Assembly (NCBI GenBank): GCA_023379675.1 | Contig: JAMCPL010000014.1 | Location: 72,185-136,184 of the forward strand | Direction: 5' to 3' | DNA from: Actinomycetota bacterium | GTDB taxonomy: Bacteria > Actinomycetota > Acidimicrobiia > Acidimicrobiales > JAMCPL01 | DNA length: 64,000 nt | Shown: in pieces, positions 34,468 through 44,902 of the stretch | Position numbering within the stretch: the first letter of the stretch is position 1 | Layout: each line of letters starts with the position of its first letter | Notes under the pieces: model-generated | What the model saw: the letters and a program-made list of their open reading frames with translations, nothing else | What the model was told of the DNA's origin: nothing | Databases searched by the model: none | Program-made: the position numbers and the translations under genes

Positions 34468-37400
34468 TCATGCCATGGCGAGAAGGGACTGATGCCTCGA
34501 TAGTGAGCGGTAAAGCTCGATGGTTTCGGGATGTACCGCATCGTAGGGCTCTAAATCATCTGCCACCAAGTGAACCAGCTCGCGCATAACCCTTTCGACT
34601 CCAGCGGGATTGCCTGCCAGGTCAGCCGAACGCATTAGTATACGATATAATCGTTCGTCATAGGTGCTCACCAGCAGTCCTTTACGTGCCGCCCACTCGG
34701 CCCCCGGCGCATCGCCAGCTCCCAAGCAGTGCTCAGCATATTTCACTGCAAGGTCCACCACCTTCGACTCCACGTAAGCATATATACCTTCCAACAACGC
34801 CCAGTCGGTCGATCTCAATCCTTCAAATGGCCTTCCCCTGACCAGTTCGAGCCCGACCCTCCAACTGGCCGGGTACGAAGACTTGGACAACTCCACCAGC
34901 CTGTGTACGTCACTGTGAACCGTGGAGCGCAACGCCAGCCTGCCATGTGACCGGGGCAGGTAGTCCAAGCCATCTGGAGACTTTCCCAGCGCACGCCTCG
35001 CAGCAGACGCTGTCGAATGCAGGCTGGATGCAGCCAGGCGCTTGTCCGGCCATAAGGCAGCTGCCCATTGATCGCTGGTGGCACCTCGTGGATGCATTGC
35101 CAGGTAAGCTACAAGATCCACGGCCCAAGCCCTGGCAAATGCCCGTTCTGCGCCATGAATTTCCACTTGCCCGAGTACGCACACCTCCACCGTTCTGCCA
35201 GCGGCCTGCGCATCCTCGTCTGATTGCTCAACTTTACATGGGATTACCTCGCAACTTGACGTATTTACTGAACTGGCAACACTACATTGCCCCCCTGCTT
35301 CCTCCGGATCTGCACTACCTGCCGCACTACCTGCCAGGCAGTTGTCGTATATAGCCACATCCCTGTCGAGCATGGAACAGTCCTCGGTATCCTGCGCCAC
35401 CTCCAGAAGTGACTTGATGTTCATGCCGTCAGCACCAGACAAGGTGGCTATATCCTGCAGCACTATAGCGGCATCGCCAATGGTCAATGCCAGCAGGTTA
35501 TCCCCTGGTACGCGATAAAGTACGCTCTTGGCATTCGGCACGACGCCACCTATGACTGCAAGCAGTCCAGCGGAACCGTCTCCTGCCAGGGAAGCCAGTG
35601 CTATGGCGGACTCGGGATACCTCACCACTTCTTCTGGAGCGACCAGCACGATCGTCCTATCTGCTCCACGAACCCCCTCGGCTCCTCGCCCTGCCATATC
35701 CTGACTGGACACACCCTGAGCCTTAGCCGACTGCGAGACCCTCCTTGCCAGATGTGGCATGAGCAGTGGCAACGACTCCACCTCTTCGATACGACCATTC
35801 AGGCCGGCAATCTCGGGAAGCCCTATAGTAACCACCCGGCCGTTCCTGAGCCACGGAGAAGTTGCCAGTTCCACAGCTAATGCAGTCTCTAACGATATGC
35901 ACTTACCAGCCTCAATGTTCAGGCTGAGTGATACCAGTGCATCCAGATCGACCATAATCACACCCTCAGCATCACTGCCCAGCGTCACAACAGCAACATC
36001 CACATCGCGCACCTGGCCATACCAGGGATCGTTGACCAGCCGCTTCCGGACGCTGTCACTCCTCTCCAGCGCCCACCATTTCAACTTCATGGACCCTACG
36101 AATGGCGTGTCTCTCGAAGGGCTAATCCCGCACGTAGCGCTGTTCAGTTCAACAGGTTCAAGCAGTGACGATGCCATCTCTACGTGATGATCCACGGCTA
36201 CATCCAGCATGCCTGGTCGCAACCGCAGTGCGCGCGGCGTGCAGAACTGCTGGTGCTCCTTGAATGCCATGGATGCGACTACACTTATTCCGATACGTAC
36301 CCATCCAATGGCATCTGCATCGGCCGAAATCCGTAGCCGTCTCTCGAAATCAAGCAAGTCCCCTGATGGCAACTTAATTTCACGACCTGCTCCCCGGTAC
36401 CTCCCCTGAACCAGACGGCGCCGATCCACGGCGAACAGCACGCCGGCTCCCAGGGTACCAATACCCACACCTCCCAAGGGAAGCGAGGGAACGATGGGCG
36501 CGGCCGGTTCCCTGGATGGCTGCGCGACAGGCGCTGTCACATTGCTGCGATCTTGCTCTGGTACGATAGTAGCAGTGACACTGCCGGCGGTTCCAGGAGT
36601 TGTAGTGGCGGAAACAGTTACATCAGCATGCACGCGAGAACCCTGCCCGGCAACCAGATCATATCGTCCAGGCAGTGCTATTTTCCATCCAGGCAACAGC
36701 CATTTCGATTCCCCGAATACCAGCCCGCCCGGCTCGAGTCGACCGTCGTTGAGAAGAGCGATCTCCTTCCACCTGGTGCCAGAGCCAAATTCCCTAACGG
36801 CTATGGACCAGAGCGAGTCACCAGGTTGCACAGTGTACAGATCTGTCTCGTCGCCAGGGCTCAATACCGATGGCGCATCACCAGCCGGATATGCTATGCG
36901 AGGTTCCGAGACCAGTGATGCGTCTGGTGCGCCCTGCGTATGTACGGCCAATTCCACATGCTCTGCAGTAGGTCCACTCTCCAGGTGGAGCAGACTGCCA
37001 CTGCCGGTCGAAAACCTGTCCTTATGGTCGTCACCGTCAATTTCTGTATTGCTGAAATTATTCGTAACGGTGCCGTTCTGTCCTTCCGGTATGGGATCGT
37101 GAGGGGAAGTGAACGTGCCATCTCCCGTACGGAGACTGCCCCCCCTACCAGACCAAGTCCTGCTCACATAGCCGACCGCAATCTTGGCGATCTTCCTACC
37201 GTTCCTGTTCCCTGAACTTCTCGTAGTTTGTGATTCAGTGCCACTGGTAAGTTTTGCAATGACCGAACCGCGGGCGACCCTTAGGCTACCGCCGTGAGTA
37301 CTATTGATTGGTACGTGTCGTACCCGTGCGTCCTGTCCGGATTGGCTGTTCTGCAAGTCCTGAGCACCCCCTGCATCTCGTACACTGCATGCGTCTTGAC

Positions 37401-37914
37401 TTCGAGTGTCTTGAACACCGGTTGTGACTCGACCCTGCATATCTTGAACACCGTGGCCACCGGCACCGTCCTGGAAAAGGCATACCGCATCTGCAGATTG
37501 AAGCGCATGCAGGCGGATGGTACCTGCCGACGTATCCGTCCGTGCAAGCAGCAGCAATCCTACCGAAACACCGACCAGGCAAGCTACCACCGATTGCATC
37601 CTACGACTCCCTGGAATCTTGGAGGTAGGCTGGTGAGTAACCTCTGCAAACACTTCCGCAAGCACGCATACGGCGAACCAGAGCCATCCAAGCCAGGCCA
37701 CCGCCATTACTAGGTGAAGCGATGTCAGATTCGAGGCCGGCGAACTCAGATCATGGAAGATGCCGCTTGGATGCAGGAATACATGGACTATGCCAGCCGG
37801 ATCCGGAATTCCACCGCTCAGTATTAGAACTACCGGCACACCACACAAGAGACATATAAGCGCCAGCGCTGAAAGAACGGAAACTGGCCTGCTTGCTTTC
37901 CTGCGAACCATCAA
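34468..37914 (-). CDS. large membrane protein: N-terminal TM segments, extracytoplasmic LysM, a further TM, and a cytoplasmic C-terminal SARP-type winged-helix + BTAD regulator domain
   Basis: The LysM is YTVQPGDSLWSIAVREFGSGTRWKEIALLND (about nt 36670-36840). A TM segment LPLGGVGIGTLGAGVLFAV follows. The C-terminus reads VCVLGQVEIHG...ALWPDK...LELVRGRPFEGL...YDERLYRILMRSADLAGNPAGV. ATGA overlap with the upstream tadG-like gene. Confidence 0.7.
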   Translation of the reverse strand: MMVRRKASRPVSVLSALALICLLCGVPVVLILSGGIPDPAGIVHVFLHPSGIFHDLSSPASNLTSLHLVMAVAWLGWLWFAVCVLAEVFAEVTHQPTSKIPGSRRMQSVVACLVGVSVGLLLLARTDTSAGTIRLHALQSADAVCLFQDGAGGHGVQDMQGRVTTGVQDTRSQDACSVRDAGGAQDLQNSQSGQDARVRHVPINSTHGGSLRVARGSVIAKLTSGTESQTTRSSGNRNGRKIAKIAVGYVSRTWSGRGGSLRTGDGTFTSPHDPIPEGQNGTVTNNFSNTEIDGDDHKDRFSTGSGSLLHLESGPTAEHVELAVHTQGAPDASLVSEPRIAYPAGDAPSVLSPGDETDLYTVQPGDSLWSIAVREFGSGTRWKEIALLNDGRLEPGGLVFGESKWLLPGWKIALPGRYDLVAGQGSRVHADVTVSATTTPGTAGSVTATIVPEQDRSNVTAPVAQPSREPAAPIVPSLPLGGVGIGTLGAGVLFAVDRRRLVQGRYRGAGREIKLPSGDLLDFERRLRISADADAIGWVRIGISVVASMAFKEHQQFCTPRALRLRPGMLDVAVDHHVEMASSLLEPVELNSATCGISPSRDTPFVGSMKLKWWALERSDSVRKRLVNDPWYGQVRDVDVAVVTLGSDAEGVIMVDLDALVSLSLNIEAGKCISLETALAVELATSPWLRNGRVVTIGLPEIAGLNGRIEEVESLPLLMPHLARRVSQSAKAQGVSSQDMAGRGAEGVRGADRTIVLVAPEEVVRYPESAIALASLAGDGSAGLLAVIGGVVPNAKSVLYRVPGDNLLALTIGDAAIVLQDIATLSGADGMNIKSLLEVAQDTEDCSMLDRDVAIYDNCLAGSAAGSADPEEAGGQCSVASSVNTSSCEVIPCKVEQSDEDAQAAGRTVEVCVLGQVEIHGAERAFARAWAVDLVAYLAMHPRGATSDQWAAALWPDKRLAASSLHSTASAARRALGKSPDGLDYLPRSHGRLALRSTVHSDVHRLVELSKSSYPASWRVGLELVRGRPFEGLRSTDWALLEGIYAYVESKVVDLAVKYAEHCLGAGDAPGAEWAARKGLLVSTYDERLYRILMRSADLAGNPAGVERVMRELVHLVADDLEPYDAVHPETIELYRSLSRHQSLLAMA

Positions 37915-38327
37915 ACACCTCCCAATCCCTTGACGTTGGTGGCGCTCGCTGTTGCAGAGACATGTAGGCTATTAATCCCGATGAGAGAAATAATCACGGT
38001 CGGGTAATTATAGGATATGTTTACCGTTACCGTACTTCCGCTCACATAAGCAGTACCAGGGTGACCGGCAGCTGTGGCATATTCCTCGGCGGCGCGTATG
38101 GCTCGACCGGTATCCAGCGTAACCGCCCCTGTAGTCCGCAACTGGCTGACCGATATCTGTCCTGCACCAGCTCGCGCCGCCTGCTCGGCTATCCCGTAAG
38201 CCGCTCTGTCGGCAGCGATGGCCGCGCCACCATCCACCACCAGCCCAATAAGGACAAACAGAGCAAATGCGATTATGGCGACAAACGCCGTCAACGATCC
38301 TTCCTCGTGATGCAATCTCTTACCCAT
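37911..38327 (-). CDS. TadG/TadE-like pseudopilin (Tad_N type)
   Basis: It contains EEGSLTAFVAIIAFALFVLIGLVVDGGAAIAADRAA. The start was trimmed to ATG 38327. Confidence 0.65.
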   Translation of the reverse strand: MGKRLHHEEGSLTAFVAIIAFALFVLIGLVVDGGAAIAADRAAYGIAEQAARAGAGQISVSQLRTTGAVTLDTGRAIRAAEEYATAAGHPGTAYVSGSTVTVNISYNYPTVIISLIGINSLHVSATASATNVKGLGGV

Positions 38328-38850
38328 CCTGTACCGCACGATAAGGATCAATGGGCGCGCTCCTCGACTCGTCAATGTTGCCGGACCCGGGAAAACCAGG
38401 AATCAGTAGATCAGAGAGATGAACCGTACATGATACGTTCACCGTTACGACACCACCAGGCCTGAAGCCGGAAGTGTCCGCCTGTACGTTCAACGGTTGG
38501 CAGGTAAATTGCTGATTGAATACCGAGGGTACGGCCGCATCAGCAGCTGCAACTTGCGCTTGGCTCGCCGATGGCATTACCGAAGCCGCCTCTGCTCCTG
38601 CACGAGCGGCGGCTATTACCTCCTGCCGTGCCCTCTCCACCCTACCGAATGCCACTGCAAATAGCATGAACAGGATCAGTACGGGCACCAATACGACCAG
38701 TTCCACCGTCATGGATCCGCTTTCGCGATACGCCCCGCGCGGCACTCGAGGCACGCCAACTGCTGGAACATCCTCTACGGTAGCATGGTACGTAACGTAC
38801 GATACCGGCCTAGCCATTGGCACGCGCCGCCATGCAACTATTGATGGCAT
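38320..38850 (-). CDS. TadE-like pseudopilin
   Basis: It contains GSMTVELVVLVPVLILFMLFAVAFGR. The TGATG junction couples it to the upstream gene. Confidence 0.65.
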   Translation of the reverse strand: MPSIVAWRRVPMARPVSYVTYHATVEDVPAVGVPRVPRGAYRESGSMTVELVVLVPVLILFMLFAVAFGRVERARQEVIAAARAGAEAASVMPSASQAQVAAADAAVPSVFNQQFTCQPLNVQADTSGFRPGGVVTVNVSCTVHLSDLLIPGFPGSGNIDESRSAPIDPYRAVQDG

Positions 38851-39239
38851 CAGCCTGACATCCTGTAACGCTGCTCAGGGCCAATACGTACAGCACTAAC
38901 CGGGAAATGCATGCCTGGCACTATGGACTCCGCCATGCCGGTAACCTTGATTTCCGCCATGCTCGCCGGAAGCACCTCCCCGGTAACGGATTCATCAGCC
39001 ACGAGTCCTGTTGAATGGCTTGCCAGCATGGTGTCGGCTGCAGATATACCGCTCGACACACTACCGCTATAGCTGCATGCGATCTGATCGCCAAGCGCTG
39101 CGGCTGACTGTACTGACTGAGAGGCTTCCGCCCACAACACCGCTTGGCAAGCCAGCAATAAAACAAGCATGAATACCGGTACCACAATCACCGCCTCGAC
39201 CACTGTCGACCCATCCTCACCACGCAAGACATCCGGCAT
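38850..39239 (-). CDS. TadE-like pseudopilin
   Basis: It contains GEDGSTVVEAVIVVPVFMLVLLLACQ. The start was trimmed to ATG 39239, 7 nt after the flp stop. Confidence 0.6.
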   Translation of the reverse strand: MPDVLRGEDGSTVVEAVIVVPVFMLVLLLACQAVLWAEASQSVQSAAALGDQIACSYSGSVSSGISAADTMLASHSTGLVADESVTGEVLPASMAEIKVTGMAESIVPGMHFPVSAVRIGPEQRYRMSG

Positions 39240-39246
39240 GACATAT

Positions 39247-39438
39247 TCAATTGAGATTGATCGAATTGGCCTTGGCCGTGATTTTAGCAACTATGATCGC
39301 GCCAACCGCAAGGGCCAGCGCCGCGAAGATTGCCGTCAAGATGACTTTTTCGACCACGCTCCCCTCCTCGTCCGGCTGTATACGGGAATCGAGCATGACT
39401 TTCGCCATGATCCATATTGCACGTACGCTCTCAAGCAT
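39247..39438 (-). CDS. flp: Flp-family type IVb pilin
   Basis: 63 aa. It has a leader followed by DEEG/SVVEKVILTAIFAALALAVGAIIV. An AAAGGAGAAG SD lies upstream of the ATG at 39438. Confidence 0.7.
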   Translation of the reverse strand: MLESVRAIWIMAKVMLDSRIQPDEEGSVVEKVILTAIFAALALAVGAIIVAKITAKANSINLN

Positions 39439-39552
39439 TTAATTACTTCTCCTTTCTGTCTTTTTCCTTCTCTCTGCCACAGAGATCATGTACCACCTGG
39501 ACCATAATTGAATATGACCTGCCAGCACCACGGCTCCATCATCCGCAACCAG

Positions 39553-40551
39553 CTACAACCCGCCCAGTATCCGGGTGGTAGCGGGATAGCCGATGAAAAT
39601 CAAGAACCCGAGCAGCAAGAGCATGCTGGGCAGGAACAGCCGCTCAGTCGCACGATTCGCTCTCGTCTCGGCTTCTGCAAGCTCTCTTTTCCGCATGGAC
39701 GCAGCCTTGGCTGATAACGTCGTTCTGATACGTGCCCCCTCACTGCTTGCTAGACCGACAACCACCGAAAGCTCCACCAGCTCTGGTAGCTCCAGAACCT
39801 CGCCAAGATCACTCAGATGCTTCCACATCGACCCCCCGCTTCTTTTCGCTGTCTGAAGTGTCCGGCGGATTCGCGCATAAAACCAGCTATCTCCCACGTC
39901 TGCCGCTGCATGCAAGGCGCCTTCGATGCCCATCCCACCTGCCAGGCAAAGCACTACCAGGTCAATGTACGAACTCACGGTTCTCCTGGCCAGATCTCTC
40001 ATTTGCCGTGCGTCGGAAAGTAATGCAGCAACCGGGATAGACCCTCCAATCAATACGCTTACCAGTGCCAGAAACGACATAACGACGATCGGCAAATCAA
40101 TCCCGGCAACCATCAGGAGACCCATTACAACGGGCACTACGACAAGACATGCAAGCGCACTGGAAATGGACTCCATGCAGAGCGCTTCGATTGATGTTCC
40201 TGTAATAGCGAGTGACGGCCTGAGGTACGAAGTCGCCTTTTTGGACTCGTGAGTATACAACGCCACAGTATGTGCAGTATGCCGTAAAAAAGGAATACGC
40301 TCGGCAATATCGCTCAAGACGCTTTGCTCATGCGGCCCTCTAATCTTGCCACCGTAGCCGGTGGAGGTTCCAAATGTCCTCTTTCCTGGTTGCGATGATC
40401 CATGCCCCATGTCGTACTGGCTTGCATCCACCTTGATATTCGCAGGCAGACGAACAATCGGTCGTACCTTGGCAGTAGGAGAACGGAGCGATAGAGCAAC
40501 CAGCAACAGACCAGTTCCAGCGGCCATACCGAGCAGTAATGCAGCCGTCAT
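39553..40551 (-). CDS. tadC: Tad pilus inner-membrane platform protein (T2SS-F family)
   Basis: Polytopic T2SSF-like protein that overlaps tadB by 4 nt. Confidence 0.7.
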   Translation of the reverse strand: MTAALLLGMAAGTGLLLVALSLRSPTAKVRPIVRLPANIKVDASQYDMGHGSSQPGKRTFGTSTGYGGKIRGPHEQSVLSDIAERIPFLRHTAHTVALYTHESKKATSYLRPSLAITGTSIEALCMESISSALACLVVVPVVMGLLMVAGIDLPIVVMSFLALVSVLIGGSIPVAALLSDARQMRDLARRTVSSYIDLVVLCLAGGMGIEGALHAAADVGDSWFYARIRRTLQTAKRSGGSMWKHLSDLGEVLELPELVELSVVVGLASSEGARIRTTLSAKAASMRKRELAEAETRANRATERLFLPSMLLLLGFLIFIGYPATTRILGGL

Positions 40552-41501
40552 GGTCTCGTACCACGCCCATTGATCTGCAATGCACCAGGCCGGTCCCCGT
40601 CAACATCTTGGCCGATCAGCCTGACAGGAGTAGGCAACTTATCCATTTTCAGCATAAGCCACACGCCTAGCACGTAGCAGACCCCTACGAATAGCAACGC
40701 AAGCTGGCCAGCCGGAGATCCAAACGGTGCCAGGTAGGAATGAGCGAGTAGGAGAAGAGCCAGAAAAAAGAGGGCTGAAAAGATGACCACGGTCCTCACG
40801 CTGCTCTTTGCCGAAGCACGACTCGCCTCGATACGCATACGGGCGGCAACCTCCTCCCGCATGGAAGTTGCCAGCTCGCCCAATAGATCCGCCAGACGTT
40901 GAGTCTTGGTGCCCGCCGCAAGCAGCAGCGCACATACCAGCAAGTCGCCACTGGGATCATCAAGCTCTTCACCAAATTTTGTGATGGCATCCGCTATGGG
41001 CATGCCGTTGGCAAGCCGGGAAGCCATCCGTTCTACGGCCGAGCGTATCGTCTTCGGTGAAATCGTTGCGGTGGACACGATCGCCTGGAGCAAGCCCGAA
41101 GAAGATGCAAGGCTGTCACGCAACAGCTCGGTCCAACCGGCGATCGCCTCCACCTTGCCGCCATCAATCATGCTCTTTGTAGCATTGAGGACCGCCGGGA
41201 TACCCACGCATGCGCAGAATACCAGTAATCCTGCCACAGGCCAGCCAGTTATGGCCATGGTCACTACTGCAGCCACCACAGATGCAACAATCTTCACTGC
41301 GAGATCATGCGAACCTGCGTTTCCAGTACCGCCCTCTTCATCGCCTGGATGGGCAGTATTTCCCTTACGTACCAACGAGAAGCCACCGCCTTTCCCTGAG
41401 AACATGGCTGGAGCCGGCCCGTAGATCCCTGTGGCAAACACAATCACTCCCGCAACACCGACCAGCATGCCAATCACGCAAAGCAGTAAAAGTACCATCA
41501 T
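40548..41501 (-). CDS. tadB: Tad pilus inner-membrane platform protein (T2SS-F family)
   Basis: Polytopic T2SSF-like protein that overlaps tadA by 4 nt. Confidence 0.7.
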   Translation of the reverse strand: MMVLLLLCVIGMLVGVAGVIVFATGIYGPAPAMFSGKGGGFSLVRKGNTAHPGDEEGGTGNAGSHDLAVKIVASVVAAVVTMAITGWPVAGLLVFCACVGIPAVLNATKSMIDGGKVEAIAGWTELLRDSLASSSGLLQAIVSTATISPKTIRSAVERMASRLANGMPIADAITKFGEELDDPSGDLLVCALLLAAGTKTQRLADLLGELATSMREEVAARMRIEASRASAKSSVRTVVIFSALFFLALLLLAHSYLAPFGSPAGQLALLFVGVCYVLGVWLMLKMDKLPTPVRLIGQDVDGDRPGALQINGRGTRP

Positions 41502-42958
41502 TGATCAAACCTGCTGTTGAAGCCAAGCGACGGATCGTATCCATGTTCTACAAGCTCATCCAGGGTTTCAGTGCGCAACGGCGCACCTTCGACCGCCCGC
41601 CTGTCGGGGCCAGGTCTAAACACCTCGTTCGAGATCACTTGTACGCCTTCAGCGTCGACAACCTCGCGCACCGATGATATAAACCTGCTCCGTTTGGCAG
41701 CCTCGAAGCGAGGCTGGTCTTCATCGTACAAGCAACGTGGCTGTCCCTCGGAAGGATCAACTGCAACGCAAAGGTCTCCAGGTCCATCCTGTAGGCTGAG
41801 ATTGCTCATGTTGCCTGTACGCGTATCGGGTACTCCCATGGTCACATCAAGGAAGACCACGAAGTGAATGGCTCCGGCAATCAGTAAATTAGTGGCCTCA
41901 ACGGGAAGCCGCTCATCAGCCTGCACGGCATAGGACGCAATTCGCCGGAACACTCCTGCCGACGAATCTGCGTGTATGGTGCACATGGAGCCTGAGCGTC
42001 CTTGGCTCATTGCGTTCAGCATGGGTATTATCTCGTTCCCCAATACCTCTCCCACTATTACACGGTCAGCGTTCATCCTGAGTCCCCTTCGCACCAGCCT
42101 CCCCATGGAAATCTCCCCTGCTCCTTCAGCATTGGCTTGCCGCGCTTCCAGTGCAACAAGATCAGGGTATCGATCAGGCATCGTGTCCAATCCGAGTTCG
42201 AAAGCCTGTTCGATCGTGACTATCCTTTCTCGAGATGGTATCTCATTGCACAGGGCTCGCATCAGGGTTGTCTTGCCGGAGTTCATCGCTCCAGCGACAA
42301 TGATGTTCTTGCGCGCCCTTACGGCCGCCCCTAGAAAGGAGGCCAGGCCAGGGCTCATGGCGTCCAACCGGACAAGGTCATCCAGGCTCAGCCCCACAAA
42401 CCGGTGACGTCGGATTGACAGGACAGGGCGCCTTGCGACCGCCATCAGGGCCGACAACCTGCTGCCATCCGGTAGTCTGAGGTCCAGTTCGGGATGGGAA
42501 TGGTCAAACCTCCTTTCCGAATGCCCCAACCGTGCCGCTGCATTACGTATAAGATCCACCAGTTCCTCATCACTGGATGCTACGGGTGCACACAGGGTTT
42601 TGGTGCCATCAGCACGAGTCACCCAAACGACATCAAATCCGTTCACATCTATGTTTTCGATGCTCTGATCATCTATGAGTGTCTGCAACTTGCCTAGACC
42701 AAAAAGGGCATCCAGTACCTCTTGAGCAATTCGCTGCTCATCAGCCATATCAAGGGGTTCTGACCCGCCGGCCATTCTCTGCATTGATATGGCCTGCAAC
42801 CTGGTGAGTGCAAGGCTACGCGCCAACTCTCTACGATCATCCTCTTCCAGGCCGACGAGTCCTTCTCTGGCAAGATCTTCCGCCACTTCCGTCCTTACTG
42901 CGCGTACAATCCCGGGATCGTACACAGCCTCAATCCTGCTCTCCATCAAGTCTGTCAT
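41498..42958 (-). CDS. tadA: Tad pilus secretion ATPase (CpaF/TadA)
   Basis: Walker A is GAMNSGKTTLMRAL. It also contains IVGEVLGNE and CTIHADS motifs. Confidence 0.85.
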   Translation of the reverse strand: MTDLMESRIEAVYDPGIVRAVRTEVAEDLAREGLVGLEEDDRRELARSLALTRLQAISMQRMAGGSEPLDMADEQRIAQEVLDALFGLGKLQTLIDDQSIENIDVNGFDVVWVTRADGTKTLCAPVASSDEELVDLIRNAAARLGHSERRFDHSHPELDLRLPDGSRLSALMAVARRPVLSIRRHRFVGLSLDDLVRLDAMSPGLASFLGAAVRARKNIIVAGAMNSGKTTLMRALCNEIPSRERIVTIEQAFELGLDTMPDRYPDLVALEARQANAEGAGEISMGRLVRRGLRMNADRVIVGEVLGNEIIPMLNAMSQGRSGSMCTIHADSSAGVFRRIASYAVQADERLPVEATNLLIAGAIHFVVFLDVTMGVPDTRTGNMSNLSLQDGPGDLCVAVDPSEGQPRCLYDEDQPRFEAAKRSRFISSVREVVDAEGVQVISNEVFRPGPDRRAVEGAPLRTETLDELVEHGYDPSLGFNSRFDQ

Positions 42959-44001
42959 GCTGGTCCAGCCCCCTGAAGAATGCGTTTACCTTCGGCCGCC
43001 AGGGATTTGGACGGCATTATAGCGCCGGCGACGCCAACAGCTTCGTCTTGCAGGCACGACCCATCCCCTCCTCGGTTCCCGCTGGAATCACCGGCCTGGC
43101 TCGCTTCGCCCGCCTCGCATGAGGCATTTTCCGCCCCCCATCCGGTATCTCCGCCAGCACCCGTCACGGCACCAGTACCGCCTAGCGCATTGGTGCCCGC
43201 GGCTTTCGATGAATCGTACGCATCGTAATCTGTCGAAACAGGAGGCAGCAGCCTTCTGTCCACCATTTCAAGATCTCCGATGATATTCTCCACTACGGAC
43301 GCGGCTGATCTGATAATCGCGGATCTGGCAAACGCCGCTGTGCTGCCCGGCTGACCGCAAGCTATCGCAGCGCCTTTGTAATCATCCGGCACGGCGCCCA
43401 GTAACTCCATGTCGAGGACCGCTGCCAACTCCTCGGGCTTCACCTCTCCCCTACCACACACCACGAGCTTTACGGGATCCTCTCCCTGCCACCGGGAACG
43501 TGCTTTATCGATCCTGGTAACGACATGCTCTGCATGGGCTGCAGCACCGGCCTGGGGAGGTAATACCATAATGGCGACATCGGCTCGCTCCACAACCGCC
43601 ATCTGGCCAGGCAGCGCAGGGGAAAGCCGTCCGCAATCGGCGATGATGTCCACGTCTCCCGGAGAGAGGCCTATCAGCGAGCTCAATACCGCCACTTCCC
43701 TGTCCAGCGAGAGCGCCGAATCGCTGCTGGATGGCCCCACCAGCACCTCCAATCCTCCGGGAAGTTGCTGCACATGGGAATCGATCTCCACCGTACCGGT
43801 ATTGTTACTCCTCGCGGATAGTGCAAGGGACATGACCCCGGGCCCACTTGCCAGAAGGAATCTCGTGGATAGATCACCCCCGGCAGGATCCGCCTCCATA
43901 AGCACAACCCTTCTTTTTGAGGGCCAGACAGCACCGATACAGCACGCCAAGGTCGTCACGCCCGGCGAACCTTTTCCCGAAAAAAGCGCAATGGTCCTCA
44001 T
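42955..44001 (-). CDS. tadZ: TadZ/CpaE-like (ParA/MinD-fold, Ssd-like) localisation protein
   Basis: It contains IALFSGKGSPGVTTLACCIG and VVLMEADPAGGDL. It sits directly upstream of tadA. Confidence 0.65.
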   Translation of the reverse strand: MRTIALFSGKGSPGVTTLACCIGAVWPSKRRVVLMEADPAGGDLSTRFLLASGPGVMSLALSARSNNTGTVEIDSHVQQLPGGLEVLVGPSSSDSALSLDREVAVLSSLIGLSPGDVDIIADCGRLSPALPGQMAVVERADVAIMVLPPQAGAAAHAEHVVTRIDKARSRWQGEDPVKLVVCGRGEVKPEELAAVLDMELLGAVPDDYKGAAIACGQPGSTAAFARSAIIRSAASVVENIIGDLEMVDRRLLPPVSTDYDAYDSSKAAGTNALGGTGAVTGAGGDTGWGAENASCEAGEASQAGDSSGNRGGDGSCLQDEAVGVAGAIMPSKSLAAEGKRILQGAGPA

Positions 44002-44879
44002 GAATGCATCCTTGTGACCGCTACCGCCACTTGACCCGCCGACGACGCGGCAGCGATGACGGGTGCCAGTACCGATGGGACAAGCAGCGATACGAGCACT
44101 TTGTTGCTTTGCGAAGACTGCGACCCTGCCGTGACATCCGTTACCCGGACGCGCGACGCCAGTATGCTTCCTACCATTCCGCTGGACGGCTGAATTCCGG
44201 TCGGCGATCCTACTTGAGATGCAGCGCTGGTTTGCAATGACGGATTGATGGCCTGCCCTTTGTGTTGCAATGACGCCGCCCCGCCGGCCTGGGTGATATT
44301 CGAGCCTATGCCTGCTGGAGAAGCTGAGCCAGCGGCTGCCGTAGCCCCAATGCCGGTTTGCATCTGTTCCTGACTGGTACCTGCCATCTGAAAGGCCGCA
44401 CCCGGGGCGCCTGTAAATATTACATCGACATACTCACCTGGCTGTACACCCGATGCAGGTTCCTGGCTTTGTCTCAAGGCCACTCCCACAAGTGATTCAC
44501 CGGCCGGTGGCTGCCAACTCACCGTGACGTCTCCAGGAGCGAGTATGCCGCCGGCAGGTATCGTCACAGCAGCGCTCTTGCCGACAACCGACGCTGCCCG
44601 AGAAACGGGAATAGCGCTGCCAGGCGCACTCACCGAAATGTTCACACTCTTCAGATCCTTTACGGTAATGGCCGTGCCCGGCGCTACAGTACGAGACGCT
44701 TCCAGCACGGCAACCTTGCCGCTGGCGCTCGCATACAGTGACGCGAACAGCACCCCGCATACAATCACTAGGAGAGCCGACCCTATCGCCATCACCGGTC
44801 TCCTATTGCTCCGGGACGGTTTCAGTCTCAGCAAAGGCTGCTCTGATGACGTCTCACTCGCCTGCGCAGGTCTATACAT
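43998..44879 (-). CDS. cpaB: CpaB/RcpC-like (SAF-domain) pilus assembly protein
   Basis: It has a TM anchor followed by VAVLEASRTVAPGTAITVKDLKSV. The start was trimmed to ATG 44879. Confidence 0.6.
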   Translation of the reverse strand: MYRPAQASETSSEQPLLRLKPSRSNRRPVMAIGSALLVIVCGVLFASLYASASGKVAVLEASRTVAPGTAITVKDLKSVNISVSAPGSAIPVSRAASVVGKSAAVTIPAGGILAPGDVTVSWQPPAGESLVGVALRQSQEPASGVQPGEYVDVIFTGAPGAAFQMAGTSQEQMQTGIGATAAAGSASPAGIGSNITQAGGAASLQHKGQAINPSLQTSAASQVGSPTGIQPSSGMVGSILASRVRVTDVTAGSQSSQSNKVLVSLLVPSVLAPVIAAASSAGQVAVAVTRMHS

Positions 44880-44902
44880 AGTATCTCGTGCTACAGCCAC
44901 AG

